This document shows, in pieces, positions 1 to 12,581 of a stretch of 64,000 nucleotides of DNA. The translations under genes and the position numbers were made by a program. The notes under the pieces are model-generated. The model worked only from the letters and a program-made list of their open reading frames with translations. It was not told the origin of the DNA and did no database searches. The stretch comes from Microthyrium microscopicum (lineage: Eukaryota), in the NCBI GenBank assembly GCA_010405405.1, contig MU004231.1:732153-796152 (forward strand), read 5' to 3'. Within the stretch, counting starts at the first letter, position 1. Each line of letters begins with the position of its first letter.

Positions 1-1196
1 GTAATATCGCCATCAACTACGCCAACGCGGAAGAGCCTGCGCAAAAGCTCTCCGAGAAACTGAAGAAGGAATACGGCATCAAGACTCTTGTGCTAAAAGC
101 TGTAACTTTACCCTCTATCGATTCTTGTTCAGTGCGAGAGACTGAAATAGACAGGATTGTGGAGTGATTGCCGAGATTCAACAGTTGGTTAAAGACACGA
201 TTAAGGAGTTTGGCGGATTAGATGTGGTTATTGGAAATGCAGTAAGTGTTTGTTATCATTCATATTTTGTTCAAGTTTCAATTATGATATTGTCATCTCG
301 TTTAGACGCTGTCAGAAAATGCTATCATAGTTCGCTTCATGTTTTTAGTATACAGGTTTTCTTGTTACATTTCAGGTCTCCTTCCTTTTTCTCTGCGAAT
401 GCTCTTCGCGTTTTGACGATCTGGTCTGAAGGAAGAACGGCAACATGCTAACGGGAGAGCAAGGGCTGGACAAAGTTTTCGACATTCGGTGACCTCGATG
501 CGCTCACGGAAAAAGACTGGGATAAAGTTGGTATTCATCCATTACATGTCGAGATTGTTTGCTGATGGTGCACTAGTGTTGGGCAGTGAATGTCAAGGGC
601 CAGATGGCTCTGCTTCGTGCTGCGATGCCAACTTTCAATGCTAACGAACAAGGTGTGTCATTCCGACTGGAAGTAAGGATGGTTGATGCTCTCCAACATC
701 GGTCTTGATCAGAGTCTAACAACCCTCTGTAAACAGGTGGAGCTTTCATCATAACGTCCTCCATTGCGGGAACATCGACGGCAGGGTCCAGTATGCCATA
801 TAGCGTTACGAAAGCAGCGCAATTGCATTTGATGCGTTGCCTTGCAAGCACCCAGGGTCCTAAGGCCAGAATAAATGCAGTACTGCCAGGTCTGCTGCTG
901 ACAGATTGGGTAAGCATTTTCGTGCAAGTCCAGATTACTCCGTAGTAGCTGATCTTCGTTTCTCCTGACAGGGTCTACTCTATTCGAAAGAAAAGATAGC
1001 TCAGATTACAGAAGCGGCTGCTTTAAAGACCGTCACCGATCTTGGCGATTGCGCAGACATGTACGTAACCATCGCCAAGAACTCCTCGATGACTGGGCAG
1101 CGGGTTGCGATTGGTAAGTTTTGAATTCTTCTTCGACTCTGTGACTCGGAGCTGACAACCAGTGAAGACGCCGGAGTGAATATTACCGCCTTTTAG
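1..1196 (+). CDS. Short-chain dehydrogenase/reductase (SDR), 5'-truncated by the window edge, at least 7 exons
   Basis: Spliced reading gives NIAINYAN..., FGGLDVVIGNAG, ITSSIAG, catalytic YSVTK and RINAVLPGLLLT. GT-AG introns with CTRAC-like branch points. Stop TAG at 1194-1196. Confidence 0.9.
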
Positions 1197-1504
1197 TGCA
1201 GATAAACTCAATCTTGTATCAAGCGGTTCTCAGTAACTGCCTGTGGTTAGACGTAGTCCAGGAACTGATACAGTCGGTGGAGGGGGCCATAGCCGTTGGA
1301 CAATAGCTGGATTGTACGCATTTATCGGCGACTTGTATGCAGACCTCTTGGGTTCTGGGTGTTTTGCCTGAGGCGTTGGTGTAGACGGCGCGAGTGCAGT
1401 CTGTGGTGTAGGATCTTCGTGGTATCTAAAAATAAAACGACGGATCTTAGCCCCCGATCTTTTCAAAAATATCTTGGGTAAAGGGGTAAACAAAAAGATG
1501 TGCG

Positions 1505-2753
1505 CTATGCATGGTGGTCGGCATACTCTTCAGTTTCGTCGAGCGCGCGGATACACTCTTCCGCCTCTTGGGGCGATGTGATTCCCCAAACACCACCACC
1601 TTTGACTTGCCCTTTCATGCCCACCTCTTTGCCAACTAGATTGCGACCAACCTTGCCTGGACCGATACCAATCCATCGTTGTACTTGCTCTTCTTGGTCA
1701 AGATAGCGGACAGACTCCCACCAGCGAACAGTCTCTGTACATTGGCGAGCAAGTAAGTCTTTAAGATCGGCACGTGATTTGAATGGTCGTGCTGTGACGT
1801 TGGAGATGCATGGTAATCGAGCTGGAAAGTTGACAATATCTTCGTTCGTGATTGAAGAGGGTGTCATTAGTATTCTTTTCATAAAATCTTGAGCTGGTCG
1901 CATCATCAGACTGTGAAATGGGCTTTCTGATGACAAGCGAACAGCGCGTGGATCATGGCCTCCAAATTGTCGCAGATTGGTGAGTAGAGTATTAATTTTC
2001 TCAATACTGCCGGCCAGCACGATTTGGTTCTTGGAGTTGATGTTTGCGATAAACACCTGTTGCACGCCAGGGACGTCTTCCGATGAGTTATACTTGGAGC
2101 CCTCGGTACTGAGCCCAATAAACTCATAAATGCCTTTTACTAGTGCTCGTAGACGATTTTCATCTTCTGTGACCAGAGCAACCATACCCATTGCGCCTCC
2201 TGTAGTCTCTGTAGCCAGTTTTGTTGCGCTTGCCATGACCTCACCCCTCTTTCGGACCATCTTCAAAGCATCCTGGAAATTGAGATAGCCCCCCGCAACC
2301 AGGGCTGCAAACTCGCCCAATGAATGCCCAAGAGTGAAATCGACGCGCTGTTCAGTCCGGAACCCAAATTCGTTTTCAAGAACTCGTAATATTATATAGG
2401 ACGTGGCCATGATGGCAGGCTGAGAGTTTTCTGTGGCGTTCAAACTGGCATTTGGACCTTCCGCTATGATTCGGGAGAGGGGCATGCGTAGGACATCATC
2501 GACCTCCTCTAGCATGGGTTTGACTGTTCGTGGATATGCTTTGAGCCACGGCTCGATCATGCCTACGCGTTGGACGCCGTGACCTATAGACTGTCAGCTT
2601 GTGTGGTCCAATCGGCCGAATGCCGTATAGCATACCTGGAAAGAAGATGGCAGTCTTCGGTCGCTTGGAAGGAGGTCCAGAGCTATAACGAGCAGCATAT
2701 CTGGTTGCTGGCAGAAGAGAAGAGGCTGGTAGTCTAGCAGCGAGAGAAGACAT
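1505..2753 (-). CDS. MCT1: Mitochondrial malonyl-CoA:ACP transacylase (FabD family), 2 exons
   Basis: IFFPG|HG.Q motif across an intron, GHSLGE nucleophile motif, ANINS..QIV, SPFHS. Arg/Ser-rich presequence-like N-terminus. Confidence 0.92.
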
Positions 2754-3393
2754 AGTAGCGAGAATCGGAGCGACGCAGTGAAGCTGGAGACGGGGCCATG
2801 GAACGTATTCGTATGAGGTATATAGCTGAGGGATATACCTTTGACAAAAGCAATGGAGGAGGCTGAAGGTCAGAAGGACAATGCGAGTTTTGAGTGGAGA
2901 AAGGAGTCAGAGCAAAAGACGAGTTGACAGACCAAGAATGGAGAGAGGGGGAAAGATTGAAAGTCACGATGTGGGAGAAGTGGGAGTTTGGTCATGGCAT
3001 GCTCAATCGTCGACAAGGACCCAATGTCGACCAACGATGACTGGCTAGACTGATATCTGGGGCGCATCGTGGTCAGCCTTGGCGTGGGCACGGATCATTC
3101 AAAACAGCCAAGACAGTTTGAGCTTGACAGCCCGCAAGCCTGAACATCTCCGCACTCAATCGGAACTTTTCGGCTGCCCAAAGTCTGGGGTTGATCTTTG
3201 AGATGCAGTTTATGCTGTTCTGATCTATCTTACTTTGACTCCAAAAGATGATTTGATTGACATGGTACGGAGGTCTATCTATTCGCTTGGCATAGCTTTC
3301 TCATTTGATTCCTCAGTTCACTTCCTGCTACCATGGATGTCTCCAAGTATAGCCACATAGTTCCCGATAAGAATGCCATCTGATAGTTCTGCC

Positions 3394-3604
3394 AACCGGT
3401 GGACAAAATAACTGGCGTGCCCCAATCAACTCCAATGGCTCCCACCAACGCTTCCAAATAGCAAATGCTAAAATACCCACCACAATCGATTGATAGTGAT
3501 GGAATAAACGTAGTCCTTGGGAAATAAAGCACTCGATAACAAAGCGTGGCAGATGGGAGCCATAGAAGTCGATGGGGGCACGCCAGTTATTTTGTCCTTC
3601 GGTT
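3394..3604. mobile_element. 211-bp foldback element/MITE with ~60-bp imperfect inverted arms and an 8-bp flanking direct repeat
   Basis: aaccggtggacaaaataactggcgtgcccc... (from 3394) is the reverse complement of ...ggggcacgccagttattttgtccttcggtt (to 3604). gttctgcc flanks both sides (3386-3393, 3605-3612). Confidence 0.75.
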
Positions 3605-6600
3605 GTTCTGCCTATTTTGCGTATTGAGTATAAAGACCGGCCTCCTTGATAGAGTATGCTTCAGGGCCATCTTTCATCTACCTCAGGATTAACCTGATCT
3701 ACCAGACAAACTCCGAGGAGTTCCGTTTCGACCACACGCGACACTACATGTATCGCTCTATCCCATGGTTTCATTGGTGATTACTTGCTCCTCTCCAATA
3801 TTGGTCTCGTGTCTTTCCCGAGGTCGCAACAACGTCTATTGCGAGCTTGGATATACAAGCAACGCATCTCCCGTACCTTTCTCGTCATCATCAACAAGTG
3901 ATCAGCTGCAGGGGCCATGATATCATTGAAGCTGCTATGATGGTGACTGATAGCCATGTCAGAATCACATCGTACACGTCTGCAAGTACTTGATGAATGT
4001 TACTTGGAATTGGAATCTTGGTAGACTCTTGGATGGTATCAATTGATACATTCCTGGCTATGCCTTGTTTTCTCTTTCAATCTCGCCCGCTGAAGCTTGG
4101 AAGCACTGTATGTACTCAACACCCCTGTTTATATATCGTGGTTGTTACTTTGCGGGGCCCACCTGGGCAAGAACTCCCTCAAAATTGGGAAAGAGCAAAC
4201 AGACCAGAAAGGACCCGTCAAGCTCGACTAAAGTGAGGATTAATTTACATACAAGGTGAGCTCGTAGCGTACTACAAATGGGCGTTTTCGATATACCCGT
4301 ACGCCAATCTGAGCAGCAGTCCTTCTCTTCAGATGTTGTGCACTACACTGCCCAAAATGTTAGACCATGAGTTATCTACGATCAACGAGGTGATGGACGC
4401 AGCGCACTTGCTATTCCTATTGATATAAAGTATTAGCCGCTATACTAGATAAGTAGCCTTGAATAGCACGACTTGGTACATAACTAAAACTTATAAGAAT
4501 TAAAAGGTTATTTTTGTGCTCTAATATGCATTGCGACATCGGCGTAGCATAATAATAGTAGAGCTTCATCATGATCTTGACAATCCCTGAACAAACCACC
4601 CAATGGAGTTGTCGAATAAACATGCGGCTTGATGGGCTTTGTAATATCTATGTCGCTCTACAGTAAAGTCCCAGAGGCTGCTAAAGTAGCCGTCTAGTGG
4701 TAGCATATCATGTCCCAAACTTACAGCTTGATAACTTCGCCAGAATACGAGGCTTCTACACGGGGCAAGTTCAATCCTACCCAAACACCTCCTAGTACGT
4801 CCCACGGCGGCTGAGTTACGTTAAGGCGAGTGATACACTCCCTATGCAGCGCGCATCAGCCAATAGTCGTACAAGATGGTTTCGCGTAGTTGCATGCTCT
4901 TTGTCCGCCGAGAGGTTGTTATGCTGTATGTTCCGCCGAGGGGGTTATTATGCTGTATCACGCAACCAGCAGGAACTGATTGCCAGAAAGAAAGAAAGAA
5001 ATCAGATGATATTGGCCAATTCTTATTGGCCAAAACCTACCACTGTCGATAATGTCGTTGCGGACGGTTGCACGGAGCCTGGTGTTGTGGGTGGGAATCG
5101 GATGGATTCATGGAATCTGGACGATGTTACTGCATGCTGGATTGAGAGGATTTTCTACACATGGTGTGATTGCGTATGCATACGCCCCGTTGCGATGTTG
5201 GGTTTTGTTGCTTCGGAAGGATTCTGGAAGCTTTTGCGCAGGTGTCAACGTGTTGTCTTCCCACGAGATGTCATTGGCGATCGCTTGGTAAATCCATCTG
5301 CAGCAAGTATTCAGAAGGAAGTTGATCGCCGCTCCGCAAGGTACCAATGATGAACTCCTATAAAGAAATGACGGACATGACGGGGGCAAGTGAAGAGAGG
5401 TTGAGTTTGGGATACGGCAGCATATTCCATTTGCCGTTGAACGCCGTGTTCAGCACACTTTGTGGCGCTATAGTAGTGACGGTATTGGAAAGCTGTTTGC
5501 GATCCGCCTCACGATCTTGAGACTTGAGCAAGTCCGGCGCTTATATCACTCATGGGCAGTTCTAAGCGAATTTGTGCTCCCCAACGCTGAGTGCAAAGGG
5601 AGAACGCATTCAGCAAGAGACACGAACGCGACGACATCGTGGTGTCCGCGCCTCGAAGAAAATGCTCGTTCACACCCCCCAGGCTGCGCGCTTGTTCAAA
5701 TCAATCACCCACTCACATTATCCAATCCAAGCGAGGAGCTGGCACATGGTTGCTCAACGTGAAACGGCTACACATCTGAAAGGTGAAGATAAACCCGATC
5801 GCATGGTTTGATAGTTTCGGTTGTGAAATTGGATTGACAGCACTATCCCAAATCCCACGAGGTTCCTCAAGGCGCGGCCCGTTGGTACTGTTTGCTGGGA
5901 TCCCACACAGCCAAGGCAGTATTGTAGGCGTGTGGTAATAATAAGCATGAGGAGAGTCAAGCATTGGTGTGAGACTGTGGCAGATATGACCCGCTAATCT
6001 AATGTGGCCCAAGAACCCCTGAGCGAGCTGGATTTAAATCATTTGAGGCCGTGATCCATGGCCCAAGAGTGACGGTTGGAATAAAGGGCGAGGAGGGCTT
6101 GGGCTGACGTGCATCATTTCAGATTATTGGAAACGGCAGAAGCAAAAGCAAGTCAAAGACTCTGAAGCAGTTCAAGATTCAAATGCAGGAAGCGTTTGAG
6201 AGCGGTACTGCGTCAACAAGTTCGCTTCTGCGTCAAGGAAGCGGATAATAGACGAAAGCGCGCGGTGAGCGCGAAATGTCGCTTGAAAGATTGAGTGGTG
6301 AATCCTTCTGCCGCTTTGATCCCTTTGTGCATGCAAAGGGAATGAGTTGGCCGCAATGCCCCAAATCCCTCACCGTAAACTTGTTAGATTATGCAGAATA
6401 TACATGCAATCAGGGATGCACCGCAGCAAATCTGTCCTTCTGACCATGGCACAATGTCTGCGCCAACGGCGGGCGAGCTGAGGAGTCGGGCCCGTTTGAC
6501 AATTGGACAGTCAATTGATTCCGCGGCAGGACTGCACCATAATTCGCGCCAGGCGGCCACGGCGGCAAGCAAGCGACACATAAAAAGAGGAAACTGGCGC

Positions 6601-9550
6601 CCGATTTGACTTAGTGGAGACTAGGGGCATCAAAGGCGCATGTTCAGGGAACTGTCAGACATTGACATGCTATCATTCGCTAGTTGTCTTGGACCTTTCA
6701 TTCCTTCCCAGATTCCCAGTAGCGGGTCACAATGCAAGTATTCCCGACGGTCGTGTCTTCGGGGATCTTTGGAAGATGAGACGTTGTGATGGTGAATAAT
6801 GGATGAACAATGTGCGAAATCACCAATATGTCTCCGCATGGCCTGCTGGGATTAAAAGGCTTGGTCGCAAACTGGGCCATATAAGTGACTCTCAACTCGC
6901 TAATGGAGTTTGTAATGGTCTGGTGAGATTTTCGAGGGAAATCATCTGAAGCCACCTTCCTTGCTCATTCCTTGCTGGTCTTCATGAGAATCATTAGTTT
7001 GGAACTGCCTTGCCACTCACATCAATAAATCTTTATTGCTTGTCCTAGAGGCAGGGATTCGATGCATAGATTTAATCGCGTTACCGCTCGTGCCGCTTTA
7101 ATCTGCTCGATGTTGGCAATTTGATACCCTTAGATAATATCAGATGATAGATCAAGCGCGGTTTGTCGAAACAGTCCGAGCTTCAAAAGAGTTTCTAGGA
7201 TAGCTTTAAGCGCTTGATTGGAGCAAATGCTTTGAGGTGCTTAATTTCTGTATCGTTTGGACCGTGAAAGCAACAGTAATCTGCAGCCTGAGGAGATTGT
7301 GCGGCACAGTAAGTCGGTCGCTTTGGTACATCCGACTCCTTCATCGTAAGCGAAACAACAGCGTGGCCGTCTTGGGGACCGCCCGGGTTACGCTGTAGAA
7401 TCTTATCAAAGAGGTTAAGTTTTAACGACCTCTTCACACCATCAGCTATGGAGTTCCTTTTCAACCTCTTGAGTAGTATGAGCTTCGCGAGGATTCCGGA
7501 TGAGGTACGAAGGTTATGTCCAAAGACTGCCTTGTTGTTCGTAGTGGCTGTTCGTCAATTATTACCGAAACTCAATCTGGCATCGAACACCGCAAGTAAG
7601 GTAATGGTCAAATGAGTAAGATCATATTCGTCACCATCGATTCCGAGGGAAAGGATTGCCGACGGCATGACCGCTTGGTACTCGTCCGTCGTCCACTGAG
7701 CTGGTGTCAATACAACACTGGGCCGTCAAGTAGGTCGGTTTTTGATAGTGGTCTGAAAAACGGCCTCCAAGCGGGTAATCAAAGGTGTCATGTCCGATTG
7801 AGGCAGCATAGAAACCAATTCACTATACGGAGTACTTTCAAGTCGTACATGGTTGGAACAACAATGACTGCTCTTGGTGGTGAAGTTGTCTTGTAAAATG
7901 GTTATCGATATGGGCCAAGCTTGAAATATTTTCAGCAGTTGTCCCAACTCCAAGTGTTCACCATCCAAAGGTCCCACAAGTCCCATAAATCCTAGTACAA
8001 CCCCTGTCCCTGTAAAAGAGAGATTTGGGTGACAAGCAAGAAGATTTGCCGCCCATGGCCGGCTCGAAGACTACGTCTAGCGAATCACGGCTGATGCCAC
8101 TTTCTAGCTCAGACGCAACGGAACACGCGCGACAGGCCTATCCGCAGTGCAGACAGGCTGAGACTGGCTGGTTGTGCGCCCAGACGCTGAAATGCATGTG
8201 CTGGCTCTTGTCGATGACCTTCGCGCCAGCCGGCCGCCCCCAAAGCGCCGCTGCCCGCTGGGCCGCTGCAGGTTAGGAGCTCCAGAGCCAGAGCAGAGGG
8301 ATGGGCAAAAGATGGAACTTGACATCACATTTGGTTCTGTCTTGTAACGAGCGCTTCCGTGTCAGTTCCTTGCAGGCGGAGCATTGTGCTGACAGAAGAG
8401 AGTTACGCCCAGCTATCCGGACAAGATGCTAAGATGCTGAAAGAGGTGCTGAAGGCTTGGAGGGTGCAAGCAAAGGCTGAAATGCGAGCCTGATGGAGAT
8501 TGACTGCGGATGGTGGCTCGAAAGCATCATTCCGACCGTCTGGACCTGACTGCTGGCCATGGACGATTTCAGTGTGCCCTGCGACACACCGCCCGACCCG
8601 CGCTTTACTATGCTGGGCCCTGGTCTGCTGGGTAGGAGGACTCAGGCTCAGGCTCAGGCTCAGCAGCAACAAGCTTACAAGCTTGAAGCAAGCAAGCAAG
8701 CAAGCTGGTTCTGTGGGCACTTGGAGACTTGGAGTGCTTGGGTACGGTAGTGGGTGGGCTCGCTCGTCTGGCACCTGGCTAGGCTGGCTTCCCCCATGTT
8801 GAGAGTTCGTCTGTAACCGCCAGATCGCCCGCCCACCATTTTCTCCCGCCCATCCTTTCGCTTCTGACCTTCAATTCTCCAGTCCTCCAGTTCCTTCCAA
8901 TCCATCCCCTCTTCTTTTTCCATTCCAACTCGTGCCAACCGCTTCATTGTCGCCAGCTGAGTGGTTCACACGTATCCTTGCGTTTGTTGTCACCATTTGC
9001 CGTTCCGTACCACCTCGAAGATCGGAGCGCCATCATTCCACTTTTGCTTTGACGCGCCAGCGCCGCCGCGAGCGCGCTCATCCGCATTTACCGACCTGCT
9101 CTGCTCTCTCTGCTCACTTCCCCAGCTCTTCACCATCTCCAATAAGTTTGTTGTCAGTCTTAACATCTGGACCTGCAGCACTCGCTTCACCTCTCAACTT
9201 TTCATTTGCGCTCTGCATCTCAGCGCGCTCGGCAAAGGCAATCGCAACTTGGGAGCGCGCGGTAGTGGGAAGCCGCGCTGCCACCTCGACCTTTCCTCCA
9301 TCAACATCAACATCAACATTAGACTTGGTAGGGACGACCAATTTATTTGGTAGAATAGTTACAGTACTATTATAACCTACCCCGCCAAAGTAATTCCCAG
9401 ATCTTCTCAGTTCAAATCCATTTTCTGGATTTAATTACTACTCTTAACATTTGACAATCTTTTAACACCATTCCAACCTCTGGAGCCTCTGATCCCACCA
9501 CCTAATAGGCTACCATCACTGGAATTAACATATTCTGATTCCGCGAATCC

Positions 9551-11603
9551 ATGGTGCCTTTGTCTCCTGAAAGCATTAGCTCGGGAGATTTTCAGCGCAG
9601 TTCTATGGCTGGCAAGGACGAAAAGACCAACAGTTTTACTGCCGTCAACGACGACTCTGTACGCAGCCTTGCGGTCAAAGCTCTTGACCATAACGACAAA
9701 GAGTGGTCTAATTCCAACGGCGACCCAAACGCTTATCAGCCGTATCCTGCGACAGCTCCAAAGCGCCGATTTGGTGAAATGGAGGCCGGTGGGGAAGAAA
9801 TCACTATACGCGGCTCTGCTACCATCTCTCCTGGGGTCTCAGGTCCTACGACTGATGGCGCAGCAGATGCTCGATCTGGCCCGCCAAATGTTGCAGCTCC
9901 AAGAGAATACAACCTAAATGATCAACAAATTGCCAATTTAATTCAACAAGAGGATTCGAGACCCGATCCTCTCACCAATGGCTCGCCTCAAAACCGAATG
10001 AGCCAATCATCACAAGAGGGGCCGTCTCCGGATCAAAATGGAGCTGCAGGTGATGTATCTGTCATCACTAATGCCGGACTTCAAGTTGATATGAGAAAGC
10101 GTAAGCGTGTAAGTCCAACTTCCTTCCCGGGCAAGAGAATACCTGAATCGTCTCCATTATTTCGTAACATAGCTTGAATCTATTGGAAACGCAATCTGAC
10201 TTCGTTATCAAGGCATTCACCAACCGAACCAAGACTGGCTGCCAAACTTGTCGTAAACGGAAGAAGAAGTGCGATGAAGGAAAGCCTGCTTGTACGTAGT
10301 CCAATTCATGGAGGACGATTATCTTGTACTAACAACCTAGGCAACAACTGCATTCGAGGTGGATTCACCTGCTTGGGTTATATGCAGAGAAAGGATCCTG
10401 CGATGAAGAATAACAATCTTGCTCGTGGAATTACTCAACGAATTGAACCAGCGCATACACCACATCGAGACTACTGGACTGAATCATCAAGCACAAGGTT
10501 TGTCATTCTTGGCAATATACCTATTAAGCTAACCTGACAAAGAACGAACACTCCTCGTGCGCCCAGTCTTGATCAAGGTGGCCACCCTATGGCCATACAG
10601 GATGGACGGCATAGTGGCTTCATGGATGATAGACCATTGACCTCCTGGTCCAGTCCCAGTTACAACCAATCGGCACCACGGCCTATGGGCAATGATAGAT
10701 CACTCCCACCTCCGCCAGCTTTCAGCAATCCTCGAGAGCAACCAATACCGTGAGTAGTGTTTTTTAATGTTAAGATTGCACGTGCTGATTTTGTCCAAGA
10801 AATATGAATTACGCGCCCATGGCTGCGGCACGCAAGGCATTGAACCACACAGTGTCTTCGGAGCCCCGAATGGATTATAATCCAATGTCGAATCCAATTG
10901 ATGTACGCCCATCAAGCGTTACCGCGGAGGACAAGCAACCCAAATTCAAGCCAACAGAACGACTCATGACCAGAGAAAGAGAGGTTTGCCGGACCGCTTG
11001 TGGAAAGTTCAACTCGGCAATGTTTGAAGGCTCGGGAGATGATGAGATTAGACGGCGATTCCGCCTAATCGTTATTCCCGATCCACACCAAGGCTCATCA
11101 CCATCAGACCGACAGGCTGCGGTTGGAAAGGACGTTTGGGTGGATGCGCCCTTCAGTGCCGACTATGGACACAATCTCCAGATTGGGGACGAAGTTCGAA
11201 TTGAATCTGGCTGCAAATTGAAGGATGCTACGACAATCTATATTGGCAATAAAACTGTCATTGGCCCAGGAGTTACTATCTCTACCGAATATGCTATCCC
11301 GGATACGGCTTGGGCCGGTTGGTGCAAGAAAATACCAGTACGAATTGGCACTGGCTGTTACATTGGCGCAAACTGTACTATCCAGGCCCAGGATAAAGAC
11401 GAGCTCGTCATTGGCAACAATGTCTATATCGGCGCCGGCCACACCATCACTATGGTATGTTCACTCTGATACTTGAACGACAATACACTCGGTGCTAATC
11501 AGTTCAATAGGATATTCCAGCGGGTACAGTCCTTCCGGCCCGTGATACTCGAGGGCCCATGGCGCAACCATACGATAGTCATCTCTCAGGACTGATGCGA
11601 TAG
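9551..11603 (+). CDS. Zn(II)2Cys6 protein fused to a maltose-acetyltransferase-like left-handed beta-helix domain (VadA-like architecture), 6 exons
   Basis: Spliced RTKTGCQTCRKRKKKCDEGKPAC|NNCIRGGFTCLGY. C-terminal APFSADYGHNLQIG followed by [IV]-G hexapeptide repeats. The start could be 9551 or the next in-frame ATG (MAGKD). Confidence 0.85.
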
Positions 11604-12581
11604 GATGCTGGTCATGGGGCATGATTTTTGTGTTTTGAGGAAAGAATGAATATTCATCTTAATGACTTTTAATATTGGGGGTTTTAAGGCGTCTGGCTGG
11701 TTTGCCTGGCGCAAACAAAAGCCATGGAGTAGGAGGGGCGGCAAAGATACCAATGGCGTTTGAGTCAATGCTTTTGAACAGCTACGTCATAGGGATAGGT
11801 TTGCATGACTCTCGAGAAATCCACGAGAACGGTATGAGAGGGAAAATACACTTTTATGTCTACTGTGGTTTACTCTATTAGGGGTTTGGCTATAGAGCTG
11901 GCAGGGCCCAGATAAAATAAAAGCAACCACTATTTAGTTAGTCAGTAATGTACCGAAGAGCCAATGGCTTTGTTTGCTATTGCCAGTCACCTTATCTTTG
12001 AAAGAAAGTAAATATTTGACTCTTCAGGAAGTTCATTGTAGTTGAGAAATTCATAATGAGGCCCGGAAGAGGTGTCAATAAGAAGCTCCGAGAAATAGCC
12101 GGGCATTGTTAGATGGCTGCAACCAAAGAGAAGGCATGGCATGGCTTGGCTTAGGTCGCTTGGTTTGGCTGGGTTGTTCCTTCCACGACACTTGCTAAAG
12201 AAAGAGTAGTCTACCATCCAACATATCTCAAGCAGCCCCAAACTCATTCAAACCACCACCATCAGCTTAACCCCTTTCACTTCTTCAATCGCTTTATTTG
12301 CCAGTTGCCTTCTGTCGCCCATCTCTGCATTACCTTGCGCTCTCTATTAACAGCATCTCCATTCCTCACCGTCCGCGTGTCTTCTTAATCCTTGCCGTTA
12401 CGTTTCACAACTTCGGACCGCTACTTGGCTTCGGACACTTCGTCAGCTTCCAACTTTCCCGAGTCCAAACCATACCTCTCCCATTCCAATGAGCTAGGAC
12501 GGCCACGACGCCAATTCCTTTTCATATTCTCCATCTATCAGGAGTTTGGGCGTTGATCACATTGGGCTTCAAGACGAGAGA

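Noticed and set aside
1..2753. Polyketide or fatty-acid biosynthetic cluster (SDR plus acyltransferase)
   Set aside because: The acyltransferase is the stand-alone mitochondrial type, and no PKS or NRPS lies in the window. Sequence left of the window is unseen.
8640..8705. (CTCAGG)n and (GCAA)n repeats
   Set aside because: Ordinary short microsatellites in promoter DNA.
3700..9400. Many 60-170-aa ORFs
   Set aside because: No recognisable motifs or consistent exon chain. Likely chance ORFs, promoter/UTR sequence or unidentifiable remnants (7195-7986 on the minus strand may be a decayed gene).
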